Of a stretch of DNA of 31,288 nt, positions 1-9,353 are shown one piece after another. A model generated the notes under the pieces. That model ran no database searches. It saw nothing but the letters and a program-made list of their open reading frames with translations, and was not told the origin of the DNA. The translations under genes and the position numbers were made by a program. The stretch is taken from the sequence record SRR20825006_999, one strand, 5' to 3'. Each line of letters starts with the position of its first letter. Within the stretch, counting starts at the first letter, position 1.

Positions 1-1621
1 AGTAGTAAAAATAATCCAGATGCTTAAAAAATTTCTTAGCTAATAAGCCAGAAATTAAAGCAAAAGTAATTGAACCAAAAATTAAACCCACCGTTGCGTA
101 TTCAAATGAAAATACACGGCTACATATAAAGCCTACAATTAGGTTAACTCCTAGTGATGGAATCATTGAATACAGTACAAATTCAGGACGATTCATCGTA
201 AAAAAGAACAATGAATTTAAAAGTCCATAAATTAGAAATACATATCCAAAACTTGCCATCCAAAAAACTTTAAAAGTAATCGGGTTGGCGAAAAAATCTT
301 TTATTTCGGGCACTTTATCTTCAAATACTCTAAGAGAGAGTACGCCATAGTACGTCACGATAATAGAAATAATGCTTATAACAAGAAGCAAAACTATTTG
401 AGTGATATAAAACCGTTTGAAATACCTATTAAAGTACTTAATTCCACTGAGTTTGGCTTTCTTTTGAACTGGTATAATATTCTTGGAGAATAACTGGATA
501 CTAAATTCTAGCATTGCAACAGTTAAAACCAGAGTTATTAAAGCCCAATCCATTCCCAATTCATAGGGTGTATTGAACCAAATTATATACGGTGGAATAA
601 TTTCTCCAGTAGACCATGCTAGTAACCTATCTACGAAAAGGAAACTAAAATAAGAGAAGCCATACACAAAATATCGGTAGTTATTGTAATAGCTTACTTC
701 AGTATTTGGTAAAGATTGCTTAAATAATTGTTGCCTTAAAGAGCGAATTTTAAATTGGTAGTAAACAATAAAGTAAACTGTTAGAACTACTGTGGATGCA
801 ATGATTCCAATCCATTGTGATATATATATACCAAAGTTTAGTACTTCCATACCAAATATTACTACTGCTGTACCTACTAAAACGCTAACAAGTATCACTG
901 CTCGTTGTTCACTAGCGTATAACACCGCTGCAGCAAGCATCATAAATGAGATTAAAATTAAGTAGGTCATCGAAAGAAATACCATTTTTAATGGATAAAA
1001 TGGTAAGATGACATTCAAACCAATTAGCAATAATACTGAAAGTAGAATTACAGGAATTGCTAGCTTAAGCACCCCTTTAATGGCCTTATAAGCTAAAAAA
1101 TAGTTCTCTTCGCCTTTATATTTAGAAACTAAACGCCCTAAAACCTGAATAAAACCACCAGTTAAAACAAATGCGGCAATGGTTCCAAAAGCAATAACAG
1201 AAGCTTGAGCTTCATTAAAATACAACCAGGCCCAAAGTGCATATTGAAAAATAATAATGGCTACGATTTGTGATATCATTGGCAGTGAGAACAAAAGGCC
1301 TGCGCTATAATATTTCAAGAACATTGTTACGCTATCACTGAAATTACCAAGCTTTATATGCTCCTCTTCCTCAACTTGATCCTGTTTAGAATAGCGTTTC
1401 TTTATTTTTGTATAAACGTCTTCAGCTAATTCAAAAACAGTTGGATAATTAAAATCGCTTATAGCATCAACATCTCTAATTCCAATAGACTCAATGGTAG
1501 CCGCCACAGCCCAGCTACTAACAGGATTACCAACAAGTTCTTCTACTTTATTAACTATGTCATTGAATCGATCTTCTGGTGTAAACTCAACTTCAGGAAG
1601 AATATCAGTGTGCGTACTCAT
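1..1621 (-). CDS. pelG: PelG-like exopolysaccharide exporter, multi-pass membrane protein (3' end just outside the window)
   Basis: Not in the ORF track because there is no stop in the window. ATG at 1621 with GGAGGG upstream, overlapping the upstream pelF-like gene by 17 nt. Begins MSTHTDILPEVEFTPEDRFNDIV...AVAATIESIGIRDVDA, has many hydrophobic segments, and ends in the same frame ...GLLAKKFFKHLDYFYY at the edge. Lies directly downstream of PelF homologues. Confidence 0.7.
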   Translation of the reverse strand, partial: MSTHTDILPEVEFTPEDRFNDIVNKVEELVGNPVSSWAVAATIESIGIRDVDAISDFNYPTVFELAEDVYTKIKKRYSKQDQVEEEEHIKLGNFSDSVTMFLKYYSAGLLFSLPMISQIVAIIIFQYALWAWLYFNEAQASVIAFGTIAAFVLTGGFIQVLGRLVSKYKGEENYFLAYKAIKGVLKLAIPVILLSVLLLIGLNVILPFYPLKMVFLSMTYLILISFMMLAAAVLYASEQRAVILVSVLVGTAVVIFGMEVLNFGIYISQWIGIIASTVVLTVYFIVYYQFKIRSLRQQLFKQSLPNTEVSYYNNYRYFVYGFSYFSFLFVDRLLAWSTGEIIPPYIIWFNTPYELGMDWALITLVLTVAMLEFSIQLFSKNIIPVQKKAKLSGIKYFNRYFKRFYITQIVLLLVISIISIIVTYYGVLSLRVFEDKVPEIKDFFANPITFKVFWMASFGYVFLIYGLLNSLFFFTMNRPEFVLYSMIPSLGVNLIVGFICSRVFSFEYATVGLIFGSITFALISGLLAKKFFKHLDYFYY

Positions 1622-3194
1622 ATTCCCTCCTTTTTAGATACTCAACAAGCTCTAATACCGATTCTACACTTACATTATTCTTTAATATTTCTTTATCATT
1701 GTTTAGCAGCTTCTGATAACTCTCGTAATATGCATTAACAGATTTATCGGTAGTAAAATTAAGGAGAACTTTTTCTCTAGCCTTAATCCCTAGCTCAATT
1801 CGGAGCCTGTCATCTTGTAATAATTTTACTACACCATTTGCAATTTCTTGTGGCTCCCGTGGTTTACACATAATACCACAGCCTTCAAGAGCATCTTTAA
1901 TACCCCCAACATCAGTAGCAACTACTGGCCTTTGACAACTCATAGACTCAATAACGGTGTAAGGAAACCCTTCAGATATGGATGTAAGGATAGAGATGTC
2001 ACCTTCATTAAAAATCATATTTGGTTGATTATGAAACCCTCCAAACCGAAAATTATCGTTTAAGTCTAGTTCTTCAACTAGGTCTTTACATGTTTCCACA
2101 TACTCTTTATCTACATCTAAACTTCCATAAACAATGTATTGAACATTAGGAATAACCTTTCGAACTAATGCACAACTCCTGATCATTGTTTCAATATCTT
2201 TTAAAGGAAAAACCTGTGCAACGGCAATAACTGTAGGTCTGTCTGAAGTATGTGGAGGTTTCGGCGTTGGCTTGAATAAATCGGTATCAACGCCATTGTA
2301 AATAGGTACAATTCGCTCTTTAGGAGCTTCAAATTTAAGCTCCCATTTTACATTGGCTGTTGTAACTGGAGATATCTGATCCGCCGTAAAATAGACTGAT
2401 CGAGTAATAAGAGTGGATAAATCGACAAGCAATTTCTTTGAAAAGAAAGGCATGTCGGCGCGTCCGATATTAATGAGCCTTTCGCGCATGTATACACCAT
2501 GATCTGTAACAATGCCAGGTGTTCCATATTCGTACTTTGCTACAATAGATGCAATGGCAGGGAAACCAGCTAAGGTTGCATGCGTAATATCCACTTCTTC
2601 TGGAATTGGAACAGCAAGAGGCATTAGAAAATGATATAACCATCGCATCCCAAAAATGGTGTCAAATACTTTTGGCTCATCTCCAACCTTATCAAGATCT
2701 AACTCTGTGTACTTTGTAATTAAAGCATCTTTAAACTCTTGCCATAGCAAAGGCTCTCTCATGGTTAACTTATAATCGTAATACTGAAAGAATTTCCACA
2801 TTCCATAGAGTACATCACTTATAAATTTAACATCCCGAAAAGGATCGTGAAGACATTCAATGAAATCCCTGAAAATTGGTAGGAAATATTTCTTAACAAC
2901 TTCTTTAGTTGTTCTTCCTTTTCTTTGGATATGATTAGAAAAAGGATTTCTTCGATCGAAGTACTCAACAGGTTCTTCTACACCCCATAAAGGAATATGA
3001 ATAATTTCTTTTACATTAGAAGGTAGCTTGTATCTAGTTTCAACAAACGGGTTTCCTGTAATAGCGTAGATGTAAAAATCTATTTTCCCCTCAAGTTCAG
3101 TACACAATATATGCGACCACGTACTCACTCCACCACCACTGTATGGATACGAGCCTTCTGTTAAGAAAAGTACGATGGGGATTTTTTTACTCAT
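1605..3194 (-). CDS. pelF: PelF-family GT4 glycosyltransferase (DUF3492 + Glycos_transf_1)
   Basis: N-terminal EGSYPYSGGGVSTW (PelF signature), TDHGVY-RER, KDIETMIR, and the GT4 E-x7-E motif SEGFPYTVIE followed by PVVATDVGG. Confidence 0.88.
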   Translation of the reverse strand: MSKKIPIVLFLTEGSYPYSGGGVSTWSHILCTELEGKIDFYIYAITGNPFVETRYKLPSNVKEIIHIPLWGVEEPVEYFDRRNPFSNHIQRKGRTTKEVVKKYFLPIFRDFIECLHDPFRDVKFISDVLYGMWKFFQYYDYKLTMREPLLWQEFKDALITKYTELDLDKVGDEPKVFDTIFGMRWLYHFLMPLAVPIPEEVDITHATLAGFPAIASIVAKYEYGTPGIVTDHGVYMRERLINIGRADMPFFSKKLLVDLSTLITRSVYFTADQISPVTTANVKWELKFEAPKERIVPIYNGVDTDLFKPTPKPPHTSDRPTVIAVAQVFPLKDIETMIRSCALVRKVIPNVQYIVYGSLDVDKEYVETCKDLVEELDLNDNFRFGGFHNQPNMIFNEGDISILTSISEGFPYTVIESMSCQRPVVATDVGGIKDALEGCGIMCKPREPQEIANGVVKLLQDDRLRIELGIKAREKVLLNFTTDKSVNAYYESYQKLLNNDKEILKNNVSVESVLELVEYLKRREYEYAH

Positions 3195-4387
3195 AAATTA
3201 GCTTGTAACCTAATCAAATTGTTTTTACTGAAAATATCTTGATACTTATCAAAGATAGTTGTCCAATTGTGCTCTTCCTTAACCTTTTGATGTCGTTCTT
3301 CCACCATCTCATTAAACAATGTACGATTGTTCCATAAACTCTCTACCTCCTGAGCAAACTGCTTTGATGAAATATCATCTTGTACCACAAAAGCGAACTC
3401 TGAATCTACATCTCCAACTTCCCAACCTATAGGTAGGGCCTTATTTGCAAGTGCTTCAAACAAAACTAAAGGTTGAGACTCATTATGACTAGTTATACAG
3501 AGCATATCTAATCGATGCATATGCTCAATTGCAGACTGATTCCAAATCATGTCGATATCAGTATGTTTCTCTGCAAGTTCTCGAACTTCATCTTCAAGCA
3601 CCTTTTCGTTTGCATCACTTAACATCATCACAAACTGCGGATTAAGATCAAGGGTTTTGAATTCTGCGATAAATTCAAAAAACAGCTTCGGGTTCTTCAT
3701 CTCCGCACACCTTCCAACCCAGCCAATTACTGGATTCTTTGTACGTTTTTTTGCACTTACAATTGCTTCTTTCGGAATGCCATTTGGAATATACAGAGGA
3801 TTACTTGCACCCAACTGTATTTGTTTTTCCAAATTACATCTTGAAACTGATATTACTTTATCAGAAACTGAGTACACACGCTCAGCAATATTTATAAACG
3901 TTTGCACCACATGGTTTTTAGCCGATAATATATCTGGTATTTTATATCCACATTCCAGTGCAACAGCACCTTTTTTAATTTCTTCCCAATAAATGGCATG
4001 CTCTGTTAGAACAAGCGGTTTATCCATTTTTGTCGCTATTTCAGCGCCAAGCCAACCTGCAAATCCGGTATTAGTGACATGGATACAACTGGAGAATTGA
4101 GCCAATTCTTGCAGTTTATCTGATATGGAAGCATACCATTCAATTGAATCTTCCTCCCAGCTATTACTCATATTCGGCGGACTAATTCTAGTAAAGTCCA
4201 CTATATTATCTGTTAATGGGTACAGTGCTTTATGAGGGTCTAAACCTTGAAACTCATCCGTCGCTATCTGAAGAATACTAAAGTTTATGGTTTTACAAGA
4301 TCGTAAATATTGATATGTCCACTCACTAACACCTCCTCTATACCAAGGATACGTGCCTTCTATAACAAGTAATATATTTTCAGCCAT
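3191..4387 (-). CDS. Second, shorter PelF-like GT4 glycosyltransferase (DUF3492)
   Basis: EGTYPWYRGGVSEW, LTEHAIY, E-x7-E motif NESQPLVLFE. Start moved to ATG 4387 (MAENILLVIEG), 1 nt after the upstream stop, which removes the overlap. ATGA overlap with the downstream gene. Confidence 0.8.
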   Translation of the reverse strand: MAENILLVIEGTYPWYRGGVSEWTYQYLRSCKTINFSILQIATDEFQGLDPHKALYPLTDNIVDFTRISPPNMSNSWEEDSIEWYASISDKLQELAQFSSCIHVTNTGFAGWLGAEIATKMDKPLVLTEHAIYWEEIKKGAVALECGYKIPDILSAKNHVVQTFINIAERVYSVSDKVISVSRCNLEKQIQLGASNPLYIPNGIPKEAIVSAKKRTKNPVIGWVGRCAEMKNPKLFFEFIAEFKTLDLNPQFVMMLSDANEKVLEDEVRELAEKHTDIDMIWNQSAIEHMHRLDMLCITSHNESQPLVLFEALANKALPIGWEVGDVDSEFAFVVQDDISSKQFAQEVESLWNNRTLFNEMVEERHQKVKEEHNWTTIFDKYQDIFSKNNLIRLQANL

Positions 4388-4388
4388 A

Positions 4389-5324
4389 CTAAGAATGACT
4401 TCGTTTGAACAGTCTCCAAAGAATTGATCCAGCTTGTGTTGCCAACCTCGAAATGAGTTCATATTCTGTAGACGAGAATAAAACAGACCTTTTAAGTATC
4501 AAAACCCCAAAAAGATCAGCGTCTTCCGGTACAGTCATATTGTTCATTAAAAGAGCCCTTTCATTTACTGAGTATAATGGTACTCCAATTTCGGAAGGCA
4601 ATTTGTTTTGTTTAGAAAAAGGAAGAAAGCATCCTAAATCTTCATTATAAATATGGTTACTTAAAAAGGCAGTTCTATTATTAAGTAAATGTTGGAATGT
4701 TAAAGACGATTCAAAACCTGAAAGATCTTTCTCTGTTGGTAGGTTGCTACCTCTTAGAATGACGTTTGAGGGCGCATTATTATCAATCACCCAAAAACCT
4801 GAGAAATCTAGATCAATTATGGATTCAATTTCTGAGCAAAATACTTCTATAGTACTTTCAAAAGAGCCTGATATAGCCTGGCCCATAAGCTTCATTACCA
4901 ACCCATCTTTCTTCTTAGTTAAGTCTTCATCAAGACCCTTTATATCTATATCGGTAACAATTTTCATCCGAATAATTTCGAGAACACCTTCTCTATCGGT
5001 ATTAAATTGCTCCTTTTTAATAAAATCGGCTGCACCTAAGTCAAACGCTTTTTTCTCCTTCTCAATAGTAGGAAGGTTTGTCATTATCAAAATTGGAATC
5101 TGATGCTTTTCCTTATCATCCCGAATAGACTCGAGTAACTCGAGCCCAGAAAGTCCGGGCATATGAATATCAGAAAGTATTAAGTTTACTGTATTTTCAG
5201 AAAGGATATTTATTGCCTGTTGTCCATCTCTAGCGTGTAACAATTTAAACTCTTTGGCCAATAAATTCTTAGCCATAAAGTGTATTGGTTCATCATCATC
5301 AATTACTAGTATCGTATAAATCAT
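4389..5324 (-). CDS. Response regulator: N-terminal REC domain plus C-terminal GAF-like domain
   Basis: REC motifs ILVIDDD, LSDIHMPGLSGLE, IMT, GAADFIKK. The C-terminus SEIGVPL...FGVLIL...FSSTEYELISRLATQAG resembles the end of a GAF domain. No DNA-binding domain is evident. Confidence 0.8.
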   Translation of the reverse strand: MIYTILVIDDDEPIHFMAKNLLAKEFKLLHARDGQQAINILSENTVNLILSDIHMPGLSGLELLESIRDDKEKHQIPILIMTNLPTIEKEKKAFDLGAADFIKKEQFNTDREGVLEIIRMKIVTDIDIKGLDEDLTKKKDGLVMKLMGQAISGSFESTIEVFCSEIESIIDLDFSGFWVIDNNAPSNVILRGSNLPTEKDLSGFESSLTFQHLLNNRTAFLSNHIYNEDLGCFLPFSKQNKLPSEIGVPLYSVNERALLMNNMTVPEDADLFGVLILKRSVLFSSTEYELISRLATQAGSILWRLFKRSHS

Positions 5325-5330
5325 TTAAAA

Positions 5331-6479
5331 CTATTTAAGATCTATTGGTAGCTCTATGAAGAAAGTTGTCCCAATCTCCTCTTTTGATTCTACCCAAATT
5401 TTTCCGTTATGCTGTTCAACGTTACTCTTTACAATATCAATTCCAAGCCCTGTACCGATTTCACCACCTGTACCAATTGTGGAGCTAAGTTTATCCATTT
5501 CAAAGAAAGTGCTTACCATTGAGGCTGGTATACCAATACCTGTATCTTGTACCTGAATCAACACAACATTATCTGTTTTACTCATCCTAATAGTAACCTT
5601 TCCTTTAGAAAGTGTAAACTTTAAAGCATTGGAAACTAAATTTATTAACGTTGTTTCAATTTTACTAGAATCAAGGTTACAGACTATGGGAGGTCCAATT
5701 ATTTCCAAATCAAGATCTATAATTTTCTGAAGAGCCTTTGCGTTATTAAGTTCGATTACTTTTTGTGCTAAATCTCCGAGATTTGTTTCACTTAGAAAAA
5801 GTTTACTTGAGAATGTATTATTCGCTTCGTCATCTAGTATTTTTTTTACAAGAGTGAGAAGCTTTTCACTGCTATTATGCATTACACCAAGTATATCTTT
5901 TATTTCTTCTTTCGGAATATTGTCATCTTTAATAAGAATAGATATTAGCCCTATTATTCCTGTAAGTGGGTTTTTTATATCATGGCTCACCATTCTAATA
6001 AGAGCATCTTTATTTTTATTTAATAGGCTTAACTCAATCTCCCTATTCTTTAAAATATTTATACGCTCTTTTCTCTCAATTTCAAAAACTCTAATTTTTA
6101 GATGTGTTTTAATCCGCTCTAAAATCTCACCTCTATTAAAAGGCTTATTAACGTAATCTACTGCCCCAGCTTTGAATGCATCTATTTTATTTTCCGAGTC
6201 GGATAATGCACTCAAGAAAATTACAGGGATATCTTTCTTATCGCCATTTTTTAATTCCTTAATAACATCATAACCTGATTTACCCGGCATCATTATATCA
6301 AGAAGAATTAAATCAGGATTCTCTTTCTCAGCCAAAACAAGTGCTTCATCACCATTCCGAGCAACTAGTATCTGATACCCTTCTTTTCTAAGCACATGCG
6401 ATAGTAAAACTACATTTGGTTCTGCATCATCTACTATAAGAACCCTGTGGTTTTGGGGATAAATTTCTTGGATTTTCAA
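5331..6479 (-). CDS. Hybrid histidine kinase (REC-HisKA-HATPase_c), soluble, no sensor domain
   Basis: REC motifs VLIVDD, LLDIMMPG, DYVNKPF. H-box SHDIKNPL, N-box NLVSNALKFT, G1 DTGIGI, G2 GTGLG. TTG start is uncertain. Confidence 0.9.
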   Translation of the reverse strand: MKIQEIYPQNHRVLIVDDAEPNVVLLSHVLRKEGYQILVARNGDEALVLAEKENPDLILLDIMMPGKSGYDVIKELKNGDKKDIPVIFLSALSDSENKIDAFKAGAVDYVNKPFNRGEILERIKTHLKIRVFEIERKERINILKNREIELSLLNKNKDALIRMVSHDIKNPLTGIIGLISILIKDDNIPKEEIKDILGVMHNSSEKLLTLVKKILDDEANNTFSSKLFLSETNLGDLAQKVIELNNAKALQKIIDLDLEIIGPPIVCNLDSSKIETTLINLVSNALKFTLSKGKVTIRMSKTDNVVLIQVQDTGIGIPASMVSTFFEMDKLSSTIGTGGEIGTGLGIDIVKSNVEQHNGKIWVESKEEIGTTFFIELPIDLK

Positions 6480-6604
6480 AATCTAAATTTAGAATTACTA
6501 GGGATAAAATTTTATTATATAAATATTGAAACTTTATTTATAATAAAAGCGTGTTAAATGCTGTTATTTTTTGCACTAACATAAAATTATTTATCGGTAT
6601 TCTT

Positions 6605-7090
6605 ATGAAATGTTTTAAGTTTTTACTTCCGATTTTTGTTTGTTTGTTCTTTACAACATCTAATTCATTTCTATTCGCTTCAATAACTACAGACCCAATA
6701 GTTCTTATTGAGATTACAGACAAATATAAAGAAGTTCGACTTGGTATTACAGAGACAAGTATTTATTTAAAATTTGATAAAAAGATACTAGAATATGTTA
6801 ATCAAGAGATATTAGATCGAAATACGGTAGAAGCTAATCATTTTTTAGACTCAGAAGGCTTCTTTGTTCCCAACGAATCCGCTTTTTTGGAAGATACAAA
6901 GATAGAATACTTGTTAACTGATATAAAATCTGTGTACTTAAGCAAAGGCATGATTCACTTTAAATATCATAATAAAAAGACTTTTGGCTTCGAAGACATA
7001 ACCCATAAGAATGGAAATATGGTAATACGAAACTTTAGTATTAATGATCTCAAAGCATTTATACAGTATTATAATACCCTCTCATCATAA
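6605..7090 (+). CDS. Hypothetical protein with N-terminal signal or membrane anchor
   Basis: In-frame ATG at 6605 gives MKCFKFLLPIFVCLFF, which looks like a signal peptide. No family recognised. Confidence 0.6.
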   Translation: MKCFKFLLPIFVCLFFTTSNSFLFASITTDPIVLIEITDKYKEVRLGITETSIYLKFDKKILEYVNQEILDRNTVEANHFLDSEGFFVPNESAFLEDTKIEYLLTDIKSVYLSKGMIHFKYHNKKTFGFEDITHKNGNMVIRNFSINDLKAFIQYYNTLSS

Positions 7091-7164
7091 TACTTTTTTT
7101 GCATAGTGTAACGAAATGCACTCAATCTATCTCCTTTAGTAAAAGAAGGACAAGGAGAATAGAG

Positions 7165-7749
7165 ATGGTAAAATATTTAGTAATTTTTGTGTTCATGATG
7201 ATGGGCTATGTAGTTTGGACTGAGATTCCAATAGATAGAGGCCCTGGTGTTACCGCTGAAAATAATCCTACCCTATCTGAGACTAAAACCAATGACAATT
7301 TTGAGTTTAAAGAAGCCAATTTAACTACTCTTAAGAGCGTAAGTGCACAGGTCAGGGTATTAGAAAGAAAAAGATATTTTTTTGATAATATGTCGGCATT
7401 TTCATCTACAGACGTATTGGTTGGTTGGGGCGCTATGTCTGACCAAAGAAATTTAGAGTTTCTCCATTTTGGCTTAAGTAATAGAGATTGGAACCATAAA
7501 CTTACTAGATTGCCTCTCTCCGTTGATGAAATAAAAGCACAAAGTGCATTATGGCATTTAATACCATCAACACCTGAAATTAAAAAAAGGATTCACAGCC
7601 TTAGGAAAGGTCATATCATAACAATGGAAGGACTCTTAGTTAACGTTATTGATAAAGACGGGCTCAGATGGGAAACATCAACAGAGCTTGACGATACTAA
7701 GAATCCGCGAAACGAGATAATTTGGATAACCTCTTTCCAAGTGAAATAA
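7165..7749 (+). CDS. Conserved hypothetical membrane-anchored protein
   Basis: AAGGAGA upstream of in-frame ATG 7165, one N-terminal TM segment, motifs DVLVGWGAMSD and HLIPS. Confidence 0.7.
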   Translation: MVKYLVIFVFMMMGYVVWTEIPIDRGPGVTAENNPTLSETKTNDNFEFKEANLTTLKSVSAQVRVLERKRYFFDNMSAFSSTDVLVGWGAMSDQRNLEFLHFGLSNRDWNHKLTRLPLSVDEIKAQSALWHLIPSTPEIKKRIHSLRKGHIITMEGLLVNVIDKDGLRWETSTELDDTKNPRNEIIWITSFQVK

Positions 7750-7809
7750 AAGAAAAGCACTTTTAGCTTTTATCTTCTATCTTTGTTTCAACATTTAAAA
7801 GCTTCACCT

Positions 7810-8130
7810 ATGAGTTGGATAAAAGATACTATACTAGATTTAATAGTTTTACTTACTATTATTTCGCTCATTTTTTTTACAAGTAACACCATTATAATCG
7901 CTTTATGGGTTTATACTGCTTTACTATTAGTAGGTAAAGTGCTTGCCTTATTTATGCCATCATTAAAGCGCAGATCAGACAAAACAGCTACTCCTGAATG
8001 GTTTTATCATATTATATATGTTAGCTCAATAGCTATTCTTGTTTACATTCAAGAGTATTATTTAAGCGGAGCATGGTTCATTGTTTGGATTCTTTCTATA
8101 ATTAGCTCGAATAGAACTACAAAAAAATAG
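7810..8130 (+). CDS. Small hypothetical integral membrane protein (about 4 TM)
   Basis: Hydrophobic ORF. In-frame ATG at 7810 (MSWIKD) preferred over the TTG start. Confidence 0.65.
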   Translation: MSWIKDTILDLIVLLTIISLIFFTSNTIIIALWVYTALLLVGKVLALFMPSLKRRSDKTATPEWFYHIIYVSSIAILVYIQEYYLSGAWFIVWILSIISSNRTTKK

Positions 8131-8135
8131 AACTT

Positions 8136-8765
8136 TTGAGTTTTGGCAAGTACAGTTTATTAAGTCCCCTATTGCTAATAGCGTGCTTGGCAGTGTTTAT
8201 AGCAAATCCTAAAGCTGTTCTTTCTCAAAATTTAACCACAAACAATACTGCTAATTATAAAGTTAGAACTTGGTTTGGATATTCTTACCGGTCTGTTGTT
8301 TTGCTTGGTAAAACAGCCAATACAACCACGCAGTTCTATAGTTTAGGAATATCAAAACACGTTAAGACATATTCGTCTGGTAGTCACTTATACTATACTG
8401 TTGATGTAACTCCATATCTAAAGTATAACTATCCTCAACGCGACAACAATCAATTAAAAACTGATGCTATAGGATTTGGATTTTCACCATTTGGTGTGCA
8501 ATTTGAACATTTATTTTCAAACAGACTTTCCTTGCTTAGTGGCACATCAGGTGGGTTTGCATTAGTTAATCAGAATTTTCCTACTGATAAAGGTAGAAAA
8601 CTTAATTTTATGTTTGACCTATCAACCTCTATTTTAACAAAATTAGCTAACCATTTATCCATTGCTGTAGGTTACAAATTTCATCACATTTCAAATGCCA
8701 ACACAGGCTCTCAAAACCCTGGGATAGATTCTAATTTTCTCTATTTTTCAATTCACATTAATTAA
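8136..8765 (+). CDS. PagL-like lipid A 3-O-deacylase / acyloxyacyl hydrolase family outer-membrane beta-barrel
   Basis: Signal peptide. C-terminal YKFHHISNANTGSQNPGID matches the PagL H-x-S-N-A...N-P-G catalytic motif. Confidence 0.8.
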   Translation: MSFGKYSLLSPLLLIACLAVFIANPKAVLSQNLTTNNTANYKVRTWFGYSYRSVVLLGKTANTTTQFYSLGISKHVKTYSSGSHLYYTVDVTPYLKYNYPQRDNNQLKTDAIGFGFSPFGVQFEHLFSNRLSLLSGTSGGFALVNQNFPTDKGRKLNFMFDLSTSILTKLANHLSIAVGYKFHHISNANTGSQNPGIDSNFLYFSIHIN

Positions 8766-8771
8766 TACAAT

Positions 8772-9287
8772 ATGCTAAAAGCTATATTTCATACCTCAAA
8801 AGGAACAATCAACGTTTCATTGTTCGAAGATAAAACACCAAAAACAGTAGCAAACTTCGTAAATCTTGCTACTCGCGGCTATTACAATAATCTATTCTTC
8901 CATCGTGTAATCAATAACTTTATGGTGCAAGGCGGTTGCCCTAATGGTGATGGAAGAGGCGGTCCTGGTTACATGTTTGAAGATGAATTTACTTCTGAAT
9001 TAAAACATGATGCGCCAGGTATACTATCAATGGCTAATGCTGGCCCTAAAACAAACGGTAGCCAGTTTTTTATTACGCATACGCCAACAGATTGGTTAGA
9101 TGGTAAGCACACCGTCTTTGGTTCAATTCAATCTGAGGAAGATTTAACTGTCGTCAACGCTATTGCTCAAGGTGACAAAATTGAATCAATCGAAATTGAG
9201 GGTGACTATGATGCACTTCTAAAAAGTGTTCCTGATGTTGAAATGTGGAACGAAGTTCTAAATGAAAAATTCCCAAACCTTAGTTAA
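8772..9287 (+). CDS. ppiA: Cyclophilin-type peptidyl-prolyl cis-trans isomerase
   Basis: [41 protein letters not shown]. Confidence 0.95.
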   Translation: MLKAIFHTSKGTINVSLFEDKTPKTVANFVNLATRGYYNNLFFHRVINNFMVQGGCPNGDGRGGPGYMFEDEFTSELKHDAPGILSMANAGPKTNGSQFFITHTPTDWLDGKHTVFGSIQSEEDLTVVNAIAQGDKIESIEIEGDYDALLKSVPDVEMWNEVLNEKFPNLS

Positions 9288-9307
9288 GTATTTACTTATA
9301 TGCGCTG

Positions 9308-9353
9308 TTACTCTAAATCTTCAACCACCTCGAAGATTTAGAGTAAACTTTTT
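9308..9353 (+). terminator. Rho-independent terminator after the cyclophilin gene
   Basis: Perfect 15-bp stem TTACTCTAAATCTTC / GAAGATTTAGAGTAA with a 9-nt loop, followed by ACTTTTT. Confidence 0.7.

Noticed and set aside
4388-4462. N-terminal extension of the second PelF in the ORF track
   Set aside because: It overlaps the regulator gene. The family signature begins right after ATG 4387.
1848-6156. Plus-strand ORFs at 1848, 3549, 4405, 4744, 5356 and 5854
   Set aside because: Antisense shadows of well-supported minus-strand genes, with no motifs.
6538-6723. 61-aa minus-strand ORF
   Set aside because: Overlaps the plus-strand exported hypothetical gene and has no features.
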